From Anaerolineales bacterium (GTDB lineage: Bacteria; Chloroflexota; Anaerolineae; Anaerolineales; RBG-16-64-43): a stretch of 64,000 bases of DNA. The DNA lies in contig DATEAT010000031.1 of NCBI GenBank assembly GCA_035288225.1, positions 47,678-111,677 of the forward strand, in the 5' to 3' direction. Shown in pieces: positions 9,253 to 19,286 of this stretch (the first letter of the stretch is position 1; every line of letters starts with the position of its first letter). Made by a program: the position numbers and the translations under genes. Below the pieces are notes generated by a model that saw only the letters and a program-made list of their open reading frames with translations, did no database searches and was not told where the DNA came from.

Positions 9253-9280
9253 ATTATACTGCAGGGCGGGGAGTTGTCAA
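9253..9280 (-). promoter_or_regulatory. consensus promoter TTGACA-16-TATAAT of the GntR-aminotransferase operon (near-leaderless)
   Basis: Minus strand: TTGACA 9280..9275 and TATAAT 9258..9253. The ATG at 9243 begins only 9 nt after the -10 box and no SD is possible. Confidence 0.6.
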
Positions 9281-9628
9281 ACTGGGCAGGTTGGGCGGGA
9301 GGCCCCAGACATCTTGGGAGAGGGCATAACATGCCTTACGCATGGCTGCCAGCGGGCGGCATGGGCATCAATGCCGCCCGCGGACGACGCTGCAGGCGCA
9401 GCTCCGATTCCCCGGCCCAGGTCCGACGTCCATGGCGAGCCCCCCGCTGTGCGGGGCGCGGCAATCTTGGACCCCAACTGCCCGTCGCCCCGCTCCTTGG
9501 GCGCATGCAACTCCAAGATTGCTTCGTCGGGCTGGGCCCGCCTCGCCATGAGGGGTAAGTGCGAGGCGCGTCACTGCCGTCCGGTGCCCCCTTGATGCCG
9601 CCGAGATGCTGTGTTGAGCTGCGTCCGC

Positions 9629-9677
9629 CTCGCAATGACAGCGCGGCATTGTTGGGGCACGCCACGGCGTGCCCCAA
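9629..9677 (-). repeat. dispersed repeat family A copy (inverted orientation)
   Basis: CTCGCAATGACA (9629-9640) and TTGGGGCACGCCACGGCGTGCCCCAA (9652-9677, 12-bp arms). Confidence 0.7.
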
Positions 9678-9921
9678 TGCTCACCCGCAGTGTCGAGACC
9701 ATCGTCTCGGGCGGCGTGCGCCTGTGGACTGAGCCCAGGCGCTGTGGTATCCTCGGCCCACTCCGCCAGGCCGTTCGAAGCGTGGGGCCTGTTCGAACGG
9801 CACACCAAGCCGGCAGCGGCGCGGCACGAACGCCAACCGAGGGCTCCGGACGACCGCCTGTTGTCTGGGGCTCTCTTTCGTTGCTCGGCGGGAACCCCGA
9901 AACCCTTCCGCGAGGATCGGT

Positions 9922-11964
<2,043 letters not shown>

Positions 11965-12084
11965 CCCCTGGCTGTGTTCGATGCACGCCTGACGCGCCGA
12001 CCCACACTGGGTTGGCGCGATACGTTTTGCCATGTGCGGCAAGGTTGAACAGCGTGGGAAACCTGCATGAGCCGCATTGGTGGC

Positions 12085-12132
12085 GGGGGAACGCCATAGC
12101 GTGCCCCACCAAGACCCCGTTGTCATTGCGAG
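12085..12132 (+). repeat. dispersed repeat family A copy (GC-rich palindrome GGGG.ACGCC-N-GCGTGCCCC plus TGTCATTGCGAG box)
   Basis: GGGGGAACGCCATAGCGTGCCCCACCAAGACCCCGTTGTCATTGCGAG. Homologous over ~50 nt to the reverse complement of 9629-9677. Confidence 0.7.
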
Positions 12133-12343
12133 AATGGCGCAGCGGGGCGCGCCGATCGGAGCGGTTTCATGAGGCAATCGAACAGCGCGAAAATTCCCAA
12201 GAGAAGGAGGCGCCGCCGTCTCATCAAAGCCACAACAAGCGAGTCGATCGTTGCTGAGTGCGTAAGGCGTGTCGAAGCCAGAACACACGCAGTCCATCGC
12301 CATTCGACCTCTCAAAATAAGGGAAAAAGGGCGCTGGTGCTCG

Positions 12344-12352
12344 TGATATAAT
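12344..12352 (+). promoter_or_regulatory. extended -10 element TGaTATAAT upstream of the DUF169-BCKDH operon
   Basis: TG at 12344-12345 and TATAAT at 12347-12352, inside a locally AT-richer stretch. No convincing -35 box. Confidence 0.35.
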
Positions 12353-12396
12353 CCGCCCAATCCTCTCCAATTCCGGTGATGATTGAGGCGCGTGCT

Positions 12397-13212
12397 ATGG
12401 AACTAGAGGCGCTGAACGCGGCACTCACCGAGCACATCCGCCCGGCGACCTTCCCGCTGGCCATTCGCATGATTGCGCCGGGCGAGCGGATGCCCGAACG
12501 TGCCAAGCGGCCGGCGGGGGACCTTGGCGAGCGAATTGCCATCTGCCAGGGGTTTGCGCTGGCGCGCCACTACGGCTGGGCGGTGGGGCTGACGGCCGAG
12601 GATGTTTCCTGCCCGCTGGCGCTGGCGGTGTGGGGCCTGCGGCCGATGCTGGGTTACTTCCTCGAAGGCATGACCTGCGCCGGCATGTATACCCGCACGC
12701 CGGCCGAGGGCGTGGTCACAGAAGCCGCGGTTGACAAATGGGAATATGGACAGTGGCAAGGGGTGGTGGCGGCGCCGTTGCATCGCGCGTCGTTCGAACC
12801 GCACCTGGTGCTGCTGTACGGCAATTCGGCGCAAGTCATGCGATTGGTGACGGCGCGCCTGTGGTCGAGCGGCGGGCGGCTGACCTCATCGTTCGCCGGG
12901 CGCATCGACTGCGCCGATGCGGTCATCACAACCATGAAGACCGGCGAGTGCCAGGTGATCCTGCCTTGTTATGGCGACCGGGTCTTCGGCCAGGCGCAGG
13001 ATGACGAGATGGCGTTCACCATCCCGGCGGCGCGCTTCGCCACGATCGTAGAGGGGCTGCAGGGCACGCACAAAGGCGGGGTGCGCTACCCGGTGCCGAA
13101 ATTCCTGAGTTACACCGGCCAGTATCCGGCTTCATACCAACGCATGGAGGCGCTATGGGAGAGCGGAGAAGCGCCGGCCGAGCACAACGACCCCGGACGA
13201 ATGGAAAAGTGA
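12397..13212 (+). CDS. DUF169-like protein
   Basis: ORF 12376..13212; its sequence (ICQGFALARHYGW...DVSCPLA) resembles DUF169 family members. ATG 12397 is preferred because TGAGG lies 8 nt upstream; GTG 12376 and ATG 12379 are alternatives. Its stop is 2 nt before the E1-alpha start. Confidence 0.6.
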   Translation: MELEALNAALTEHIRPATFPLAIRMIAPGERMPERAKRPAGDLGERIAICQGFALARHYGWAVGLTAEDVSCPLALAVWGLRPMLGYFLEGMTCAGMYTRTPAEGVVTEAAVDKWEYGQWQGVVAAPLHRASFEPHLVLLYGNSAQVMRLVTARLWSSGGRLTSSFAGRIDCADAVITTMKTGECQVILPCYGDRVFGQAQDDEMAFTIPAARFATIVEGLQGTHKGGVRYPVPKFLSYTGQYPASYQRMEALWESGEAPAEHNDPGRMEK

Positions 13213-13214
13213 AG

Positions 13215-14231
13215 ATGGCCTCGACGGCGACGGCGCCGGTGAAGGCGGCCGCCGCCGATCTGCCCTTGCTTGAAATGTTCTCGGTCATGCTGCTGGCGCG
13301 CCGGCTGGACGAGCGCGCCTGGGTGCTGCACCGCCAGGGGAAGATCGCCTTCCACATTTCCGGCATGGGCCATGAGGCCACCCAGGTCGGCATCGCCTAC
13401 GCCATGCGCCGCGGCGAGGATTGGCTCGTCCCTTACTACCGCGACCTGGCGCTGATGCTCGCCCTCGGCCTGACCCCGCTCGAATTCATGCTGGGCGTGT
13501 ATGGCAAACGCGGCGAACCCTCATCCGGCGCGCGGCAGATGCCTTCTCATTTCGGCCTGCGGCGGGCGAACGTGGTGAGCACCTCGGCGCCCGTGGCCAC
13601 ACAGATCCCCCACGCAGCCGGCATTGGGTTGGCGATCAAACTGAAGGGCGACGAGCGAGTCGTCGTAACGACGATCGGCGAAGGCTCGACCTCGCAAGGC
13701 GAATGGTACGAGGGCCTGAACTGGGCGGCGGTCCACAAACTGCCGGTGGTGTGCGTGGTGCAGAACAACGTGTACGCCATCTCCGAGCCGCAGGATCGGC
13801 AGATGGCGGTAGCTAACGTGGCCGACCGCGCCGCCGCATTCGGCATGCCGGGTGTGGTGGTGGACGGCAACGACGTGTTGGCGGTGCAGCGCGTGATGCA
13901 GCAGGCCGTCGACCGCGCGCGCCGCGGGGAGGGGCCGACGCTGGTGGAAGCGAAGACCTACCGCCCGGTGCCGCATTCCTCTGATGACGATGACCGTTCC
14001 TACCGCTCGCGCGAAGAGGTGGAGCAGTGGAAGAAGCGCGACCCGCTGCTCCTTTTTCGCGCGAAGCTGCAATCGATGGACGTGCTGAGCGAGGCTGCCG
14101 AGCAGGCGGCTGAGGCGAAGGCAGCGGCCGAGGTGCAAGAGGCTGTGCGCGGAGCGGAAGCTGCGCCCTACCCAGACCCGGCGGTTGAGGGCCTGGGACC
14201 GGTATACGTCGAAGAGATCCATCATGCCTGA
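13215..14231 (+). CDS. 2-oxoisovalerate (branched-chain 2-oxoacid)/pyruvate dehydrogenase E1 component, alpha subunit
   Basis: TPP-dependent E1-alpha features: FHISGMGHEA, the GEGSTSQGEWYEGLNWAA TPP motif, and HSSDDD. Start trimmed to ATG 13215. Confidence 0.9.
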   Translation: MASTATAPVKAAAADLPLLEMFSVMLLARRLDERAWVLHRQGKIAFHISGMGHEATQVGIAYAMRRGEDWLVPYYRDLALMLALGLTPLEFMLGVYGKRGEPSSGARQMPSHFGLRRANVVSTSAPVATQIPHAAGIGLAIKLKGDERVVVTTIGEGSTSQGEWYEGLNWAAVHKLPVVCVVQNNVYAISEPQDRQMAVANVADRAAAFGMPGVVVDGNDVLAVQRVMQQAVDRARRGEGPTLVEAKTYRPVPHSSDDDDRSYRSREEVEQWKKRDPLLLFRAKLQSMDVLSEAAEQAAEAKAAAEVQEAVRGAEAAPYPDPAVEGLGPVYVEEIHHA

Positions 14232-15207
14232 GATGACAATGGTCGAGGCCATCCGCCTCGCGATGGATGAAGAACTGGCGCGTGACGAGCGAGTGTTCAT
14301 CGTGGGCGAGGACGTGGGCCCGCGCGGCGGTGTGTTCCGGGCCACCCAGGGGCTGTTCGCCAAGTACGGAGAGAAACGCGTCATCGACTCGCCGCTGGCC
14401 GAGCTCTCGATTGTGGGGGTGGGCATCGGCGCGGCGCTGTACGGTTTGCGCCCAATCTGCGAGATTCAATTCGCCGACTTCATTCATCCCGCCTTCAACC
14501 AGATCGTCAGCGAAGCCGCCAAGATGTGCTATCGCTCGGGCGGGGAGTGGACGGTGCCGCTGGTGATCCGCGCGCCGTACGGCGGGGGCATCGGCGGCGG
14601 GCTGTACCACTCGCAGTCGCTGGAGGCCTTCTTCGCCCACGTGCCCGGCCTCAAGGTGGTCATCCCTTCCACGCCGCAGGATGCGCGCGGCCTGCTCAAG
14701 TCGGCCGTGCGCGATCCGAATCCGGTTTTGTTTTTCGAGCCGAAGAAGGGCTATCGGCTGATTCGAGGTCCGGTGTCGGAAGATGAGGGGCTGGTGCCGA
14801 TCGGCCCGGCTCAAGTAACCCGCGAAGGATCGGACCTCAGCCTGTTCGCCTACGGCATGATGCATCATTATGCGCTGCAAGCCGCGGAGATTGTTTCCGG
14901 CGAGGGCATTCGTGCTGAGGTGGTCGACCTGCGCACGCTCTACCCGCCGGATCGGGCGACGATCGTGGCCTCGGTGCGCAAGACAGGCAAAGCGCTCATC
15001 GTGCACGAGGACAACCTCACCGGCGGGTACGGAGCCGAGATCGCGGCCATCCTGGCCGATGAGGCGTTCACCGATTTGGACGCTCCGGTGCGCCGCTTGT
15101 GCGGCCCCGACATCCCGGCGGTTCCCTTCAGCCATCCGCTGCAGGATTGGTTCATGCCCAACCCCAACAAGATCGCGCAGGCGATGCGCGAGCTGGCGGC
15201 ATACTAG
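14224..15207 (+). CDS. 2-oxoacid dehydrogenase E1 component, beta subunit
   Basis: MTMVEAIRLAMDEELARDERVFIVGEDVG is a typical E1-beta N-terminus. ATG 14224 overlaps the alpha-subunit stop by 8 nt. Confidence 0.9.
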   Translation: MPEMTMVEAIRLAMDEELARDERVFIVGEDVGPRGGVFRATQGLFAKYGEKRVIDSPLAELSIVGVGIGAALYGLRPICEIQFADFIHPAFNQIVSEAAKMCYRSGGEWTVPLVIRAPYGGGIGGGLYHSQSLEAFFAHVPGLKVVIPSTPQDARGLLKSAVRDPNPVLFFEPKKGYRLIRGPVSEDEGLVPIGPAQVTREGSDLSLFAYGMMHHYALQAAEIVSGEGIRAEVVDLRTLYPPDRATIVASVRKTGKALIVHEDNLTGGYGAEIAAILADEAFTDLDAPVRRLCGPDIPAVPFSHPLQDWFMPNPNKIAQAMRELAAY

Positions 15208-15215
15208 AGGCAACC

Positions 15216-16520
15216 ATGGCCACCCGCGTGATGATGCCCCAGCTGGGCGAGTCGGTCGTCGAGGGAACGGTCACCAAGTGGCTGCGCGCGGAGGGCGAAG
15301 GTATCCGTGAGCTCGAGCCGCTGGTCGAGATAAACACCGACAAAGTCGATACCGAGGTGCCCTCGCCGGCCAGTGGCACGGTGCTTAAGGTGTACGTGTC
15401 GGAAGGCCAAACCGTACGGGCCGGAACGCTGCTGGCGATGATCGGCCAACTGGGGGAGGTCGTTATCGACCCTGCTCCAGAGGCGGCGAGCGCGGCGCAC
15501 GCTGCGGCGGAGCCCTCGCCGGCGCACACCGGGCGAGGCCCCGCACGGGCGACGGACGCGCCAGCCGTCCGGGACCTTGGGTTCATATCGCCGGTCGTGG
15601 CGAAATTGGCCGCCGAACACAAGCTAGATTTGGCCCAGGTGCGCGGTACGGGAGCGAGCGGGCGGATCACCAAGAAGGATGTACTCGCACATCTCGAACA
15701 CCCGCGCGCGCCGGCGGCACCGGAGGTGCCCGCCTGGGAGCGCCCCGGCGAAGGCGATCTCTTCCGCCCCACCGAGCTGCAATTCGGGCAGGCGCTGGCT
15801 AAAGAAGCTGCGCGCGGTCCCGAGGCGCGGCCCCTCGTGCCTGGCATGCTCGTGCCGCACACGCCCATGCGCCGCCAGATTGCCGAACACATGTTGCGCA
15901 GCGTGCGCACCGCCGCGCACGTGACCACCGTGATGGAAGCCGACATGAGCGCGGTCGTGACTCACCGCAACGCCAACAAGGATCTTTTCGAGCGGGAGGG
16001 GATTTCGCTGACCTTCACCGCCTACTTGGTTGCGGCGAGTGCCACCGCGCTGCGCGCCCACCCGATGGTCAACAGCACGTGGGGCGAGGAGGGAGTCCAG
16101 CTTCAGCGCCAGGTTCACATTGGGCTGGCCGTCTCGCTTGGCGAGGAGGGTCTGATCGTCCCGGTGTTGCGCGATGCCGAGCAGAAGTCGCTGCGGCGGC
16201 TGGCGGCGGAGGTGAGCGACCTGGCGCGGCGCGCACGGGCGCGGCAACTCACCCCGGATGAGGTGCGCGGCGGGACCTTCACGATCACCAACCATGGCGT
16301 GAGCGGCTCGCTCTTCGCCACCCCGATCATCTCCCAGCCGCAATCTGCTATCCTTGGGGTGGGCGCCATTCAGAAGCGGGCGGTCGTGGTGGGCGATGCG
16401 ATCGCCATCCGGCCGATGGTCTATCTCTCGCTGACCTTCGATCACCGCCTGCTCGACGGCGCCAGTGCGGATGCATTCCTCGCGACGATTGTCGCAACAC
16501 TCGAGAAGGGCGCCTTCTAG
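15216..16520 (+). CDS. dihydrolipoamide acyltransferase (E2 component)
   Basis: Lipoyl domain with the TDK lipoyl-lysine (EINTDKVDTEVPSP), a peripheral subunit-binding domain, and the catalytic DHRLLDG motif. AGAGG RBS precedes ATG 15216. Confidence 0.9.
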   Translation: MATRVMMPQLGESVVEGTVTKWLRAEGEGIRELEPLVEINTDKVDTEVPSPASGTVLKVYVSEGQTVRAGTLLAMIGQLGEVVIDPAPEAASAAHAAAEPSPAHTGRGPARATDAPAVRDLGFISPVVAKLAAEHKLDLAQVRGTGASGRITKKDVLAHLEHPRAPAAPEVPAWERPGEGDLFRPTELQFGQALAKEAARGPEARPLVPGMLVPHTPMRRQIAEHMLRSVRTAAHVTTVMEADMSAVVTHRNANKDLFEREGISLTFTAYLVAASATALRAHPMVNSTWGEEGVQLQRQVHIGLAVSLGEEGLIVPVLRDAEQKSLRRLAAEVSDLARRARARQLTPDEVRGGTFTITNHGVSGSLFATPIISQPQSAILGVGAIQKRAVVVGDAIAIRPMVYLSLTFDHRLLDGASADAFLATIVATLEKGAF

Positions 16521-16531
16521 CCGCGTTTAGT

Positions 16532-19108
16532 ATGTCCGTCGCAGAAGCCATCGAAACCCTGCGCGGCGAACCCCGCTTCGCGCGTAACATCGTCGTCTGG
16601 CAGCTCCTGCCCGAACGGCCGGCGCGCTACGCTGCATTCCCGCAGGGTCTGGCCGCGCCGCTGGTAGAGGCGTTGCACGATCGCGGGCTGGCTTCGCTCT
16701 ACAGCCATCAGGTGCAGGCGTTCGAGGCCACTCGGCGCGGAGAGCATGTAGCCATCGTCACCGGCACCGCCTCCGGCAAGACACTCGCCTACAACTTGCC
16801 GGTACTGCAATCGCTGCTGGAAGACGACACCACTCGCGCTTTGTATCTCTTCCCCACCAAGGCCCTCGGACAAGACCAGGCGCACGAGCTCGGGCGATGG
16901 GCGCAGGCACTGCGCGGCGCGCTCCCCGGGCAGGTGAGCGACCTGGGCGTACGGCTGTATGACGGCGATACGCCGCAGGCCGAGCGGGCACGCGTGCGCG
17001 GCGAAGTACGTTTGCTGCTGTCCAACCCCGACATGCTGCACACCGGCATCCTGCCGCACCACACGCGCTGGGCGGATTACCTCTCCAACTTGCGCTATGT
17101 CATCCTGGATGAATTACACACCTATAGCGGCGTGTTTGGCTCGCACATGGCGAATGTGCTGCGCCGCCTGCGGCGCATCTGCGCGTTCTACGGCGCGCAG
17201 CCGCAATTCCTGTGTGCCTCGGCGACGATTGCCAACCCACGTGAACTGGCCGAAACGCTGCTCGAGGCACCCGTGACGCTGATCGAGGAGGATGGCTCGC
17301 CGCGTGCGGCGCGCCACTTTGCCGTGTACAACCCGCCGCTGGTCGATGAGGCGCTTGGGCTGCGTCGCTCGTACGTGCTTGAGAGCCAGGCCGTGGCCGC
17401 AATGCTCTTGCGCAGCCAGGTGCAGACTGTGCTCTTCGCGCGCACGCGGCGCACGGTGGAACTATTGCTCGGCTACCTGCGCGAGCAAGCCCAGGCGGAT
17501 GGATTGGACCCGCAACGGGTGAGAGGCTACCGTGCGGGTTACCTGCCGGAGGAGCGGCGGCGCATCGAGGCCGGGCTGCGCTCGGGCGAGGTGCGCGGGG
17601 TGGTGGCCACGAATGCACTCGAGTTGGGCGTGGATATCGGCACCTTGGGCGCGGCGGTCCTGGTTGGTTACCCGGGGCGCATCGCCTCGCTGTGGCAGCA
17701 GGCCGGGCGCGCCGGCCGCCGCGAGGAGCAGGGGTTGGCCGTGTTGGTGGCCTCACCCTCGCCGCTGGACCAGTTCCTGACCCTCAACCCGCGCTATCTC
17801 TTCGACCGTTCGCCGGAGCAGGCGCGCATCAACCCCAACAACCTGGCGATATTGGCCAACCATCTGCGTTGCGCCGCATTTGAGCTGCCCCTGCGAGGCG
17901 ACGAATCCTTCGGCACCGCACCCATCGCGGAGTTGCTCGAGGCGCTGCATGCCGAAGGCGAGCTGCTGCGGTCTGCCGAGGGCGAGTACCAGGCTACGGG
18001 CGAGACCTATCCGGCAGCCCAGGTGGGTCTGCGTTCGAGTACCAACGACCGTGTGCTCATTCAAGAAACTGGCGAGCGAGGCCCGCGCTTGATCGGCGAG
18101 GTGGACCGCGCTGCAGCACCGGTGTGGGTGCATGAGGGCGCGGTCTACATGCACGAAGGACGGACCTACGTCGTGGATCACTTCGATTGGGGGCAGGGCG
18201 TGGCCGAGGTGCGCCAGGCGAATCTGGACTACTACACCGAGGCGTCGGAATCAGTGCAGGTGGAAATTCTGGGTGTGGAGGACGCAGACGAGGCGCGTGG
18301 TGTGCGTCGTGCCTTCGGGCCTCTGGAGGTGACCGCGCAAGCGGTAGCCTACCGCAAAGTGCGCCGCCACACCCATGAGACACTCGGATTCGGGGAAATC
18401 GATCTCCCGCCGCGTGAGTTCCGCACCACGGGCTGCTGGGTCTGGCTGGCTCCGCCGTTCGTGCAACGGCTGCAAGCAGATCTCGCCGGCCGGCCGGATC
18501 TCCTGCGGACATCGTTTGGACCCAACGACTACGGTCCTTCGTGGGAACCGCAGCGCCAGGTGGCGCTCGAGCGAGACGGCCACCGCTGCACGCAATGCGG
18601 AGTGAGCGAGCGCCCGGGACGCTCCCACGACGTTCATCACCGCACGCCCTTCCGCGTCTTTGGCTATATCCCGGGGCAGAATGAAAACCATGCCCAGGCC
18701 AATGCGCTTGATAACCTGGTCACGCTGTGCCAGGCCTGCCATCACCGCTTGGAGGCGCAGCAAGGGACGCGCACCGCGCTGGGCGGCTTAGCCTATGCGC
18801 TGCACAGCTTGGCGCCGCTCTTCCTGATGTGCGACTCGCGCGACCTGGGCATGGTGGTCAAGATGCGCGCCAAGGAAACGCGCGGTCCGACGATCACCTT
18901 CTACGATGAAGTGCCGGAGGGGATTGGCCTGACGGACGCGCTGTACGCGGTGATTCCGGAGTTGCTGGCCAACGCGGCGGATCTCATCGGTGGCTGCGGG
19001 TGCAGCGACGGTTGTCCGGCATGCGTTGGTCCGGTGGCGCCGGCCAGCGGCCCGGTGAAAGCGACGGCGCTCTTCCTGGCCCAGGCGATGGTGCGCGAGT
19101 TGGGCTGA
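16532..19108 (+). CDS. DEAD/DEAH-box helicase of the YprA/MrfA type with C-terminal DUF1998 zinc module and an embedded HNH-nuclease-like segment
   Basis: Helicase motifs are present: Walker A GTASGKT, DELH box, SAT, and QQAGRAGRR motif VI. The C-terminal DUF1998-like end is ITFYDEVPEGIGL...GGCGCSDGCPACVG. Residues ~676-745 (nt 18557-18766) read CTQCG...HDVHHRTPF...DNLVTLCQACHHRLE, an HNH signature. Confidence 0.9.
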   Translation: MSVAEAIETLRGEPRFARNIVVWQLLPERPARYAAFPQGLAAPLVEALHDRGLASLYSHQVQAFEATRRGEHVAIVTGTASGKTLAYNLPVLQSLLEDDTTRALYLFPTKALGQDQAHELGRWAQALRGALPGQVSDLGVRLYDGDTPQAERARVRGEVRLLLSNPDMLHTGILPHHTRWADYLSNLRYVILDELHTYSGVFGSHMANVLRRLRRICAFYGAQPQFLCASATIANPRELAETLLEAPVTLIEEDGSPRAARHFAVYNPPLVDEALGLRRSYVLESQAVAAMLLRSQVQTVLFARTRRTVELLLGYLREQAQADGLDPQRVRGYRAGYLPEERRRIEAGLRSGEVRGVVATNALELGVDIGTLGAAVLVGYPGRIASLWQQAGRAGRREEQGLAVLVASPSPLDQFLTLNPRYLFDRSPEQARINPNNLAILANHLRCAAFELPLRGDESFGTAPIAELLEALHAEGELLRSAEGEYQATGETYPAAQVGLRSSTNDRVLIQETGERGPRLIGEVDRAAAPVWVHEGAVYMHEGRTYVVDHFDWGQGVAEVRQANLDYYTEASESVQVEILGVEDADEARGVRRAFGPLEVTAQAVAYRKVRRHTHETLGFGEIDLPPREFRTTGCWVWLAPPFVQRLQADLAGRPDLLRTSFGPNDYGPSWEPQRQVALERDGHRCTQCGVSERPGRSHDVHHRTPFRVFGYIPGQNENHAQANALDNLVTLCQACHHRLEAQQGTRTALGGLAYALHSLAPLFLMCDSRDLGMVVKMRAKETRGPTITFYDEVPEGIGLTDALYAVIPELLANAADLIGGCGCSDGCPACVGPVAPASGPVKATALFLAQAMVRELG

Positions 19109-19159
19109 CAAGGTGCTCTCAGAGACTGGTCGCTTTTGGGCCCCCACCTCCTTGAGTAT

Positions 19160-19232
19160 CTCCACCCCCTCTCCGCAACCTCCTGACTTGCCTAACGGTC
19201 TCGCAAGGCGGAGAGGGGGCAGGGGGGTGAGG
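19160..19232. repeat. dispersed repeat family B copy (opposite orientation)
   Basis: CTCCACCCCCTCTCCGC (19160-19176) and GCGGAGAGGGGGCAGGGGGGTGAGG (19208-19232). The reverse complement of the loop contains TTGCGAGAC, as in the 36.6-kb copy. Confidence 0.7.
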
Positions 19233-19286
19233 CGGGAGACGGTTCTCCCACAAGCTTCCAAAGCGGCGCTCTCGTAGCGGGCAAAG

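Noticed and set aside
9788-9801. GTTCGAAC within the 9.8-kb inverted repeat as a second LexA/SOS box.
   Set aside because: The arrangement is GTTC immediately followed by GAAC (and TTCGAA half-sites), not GAAC-N4-GTTC. It does not fit the Cheo-box geometry.
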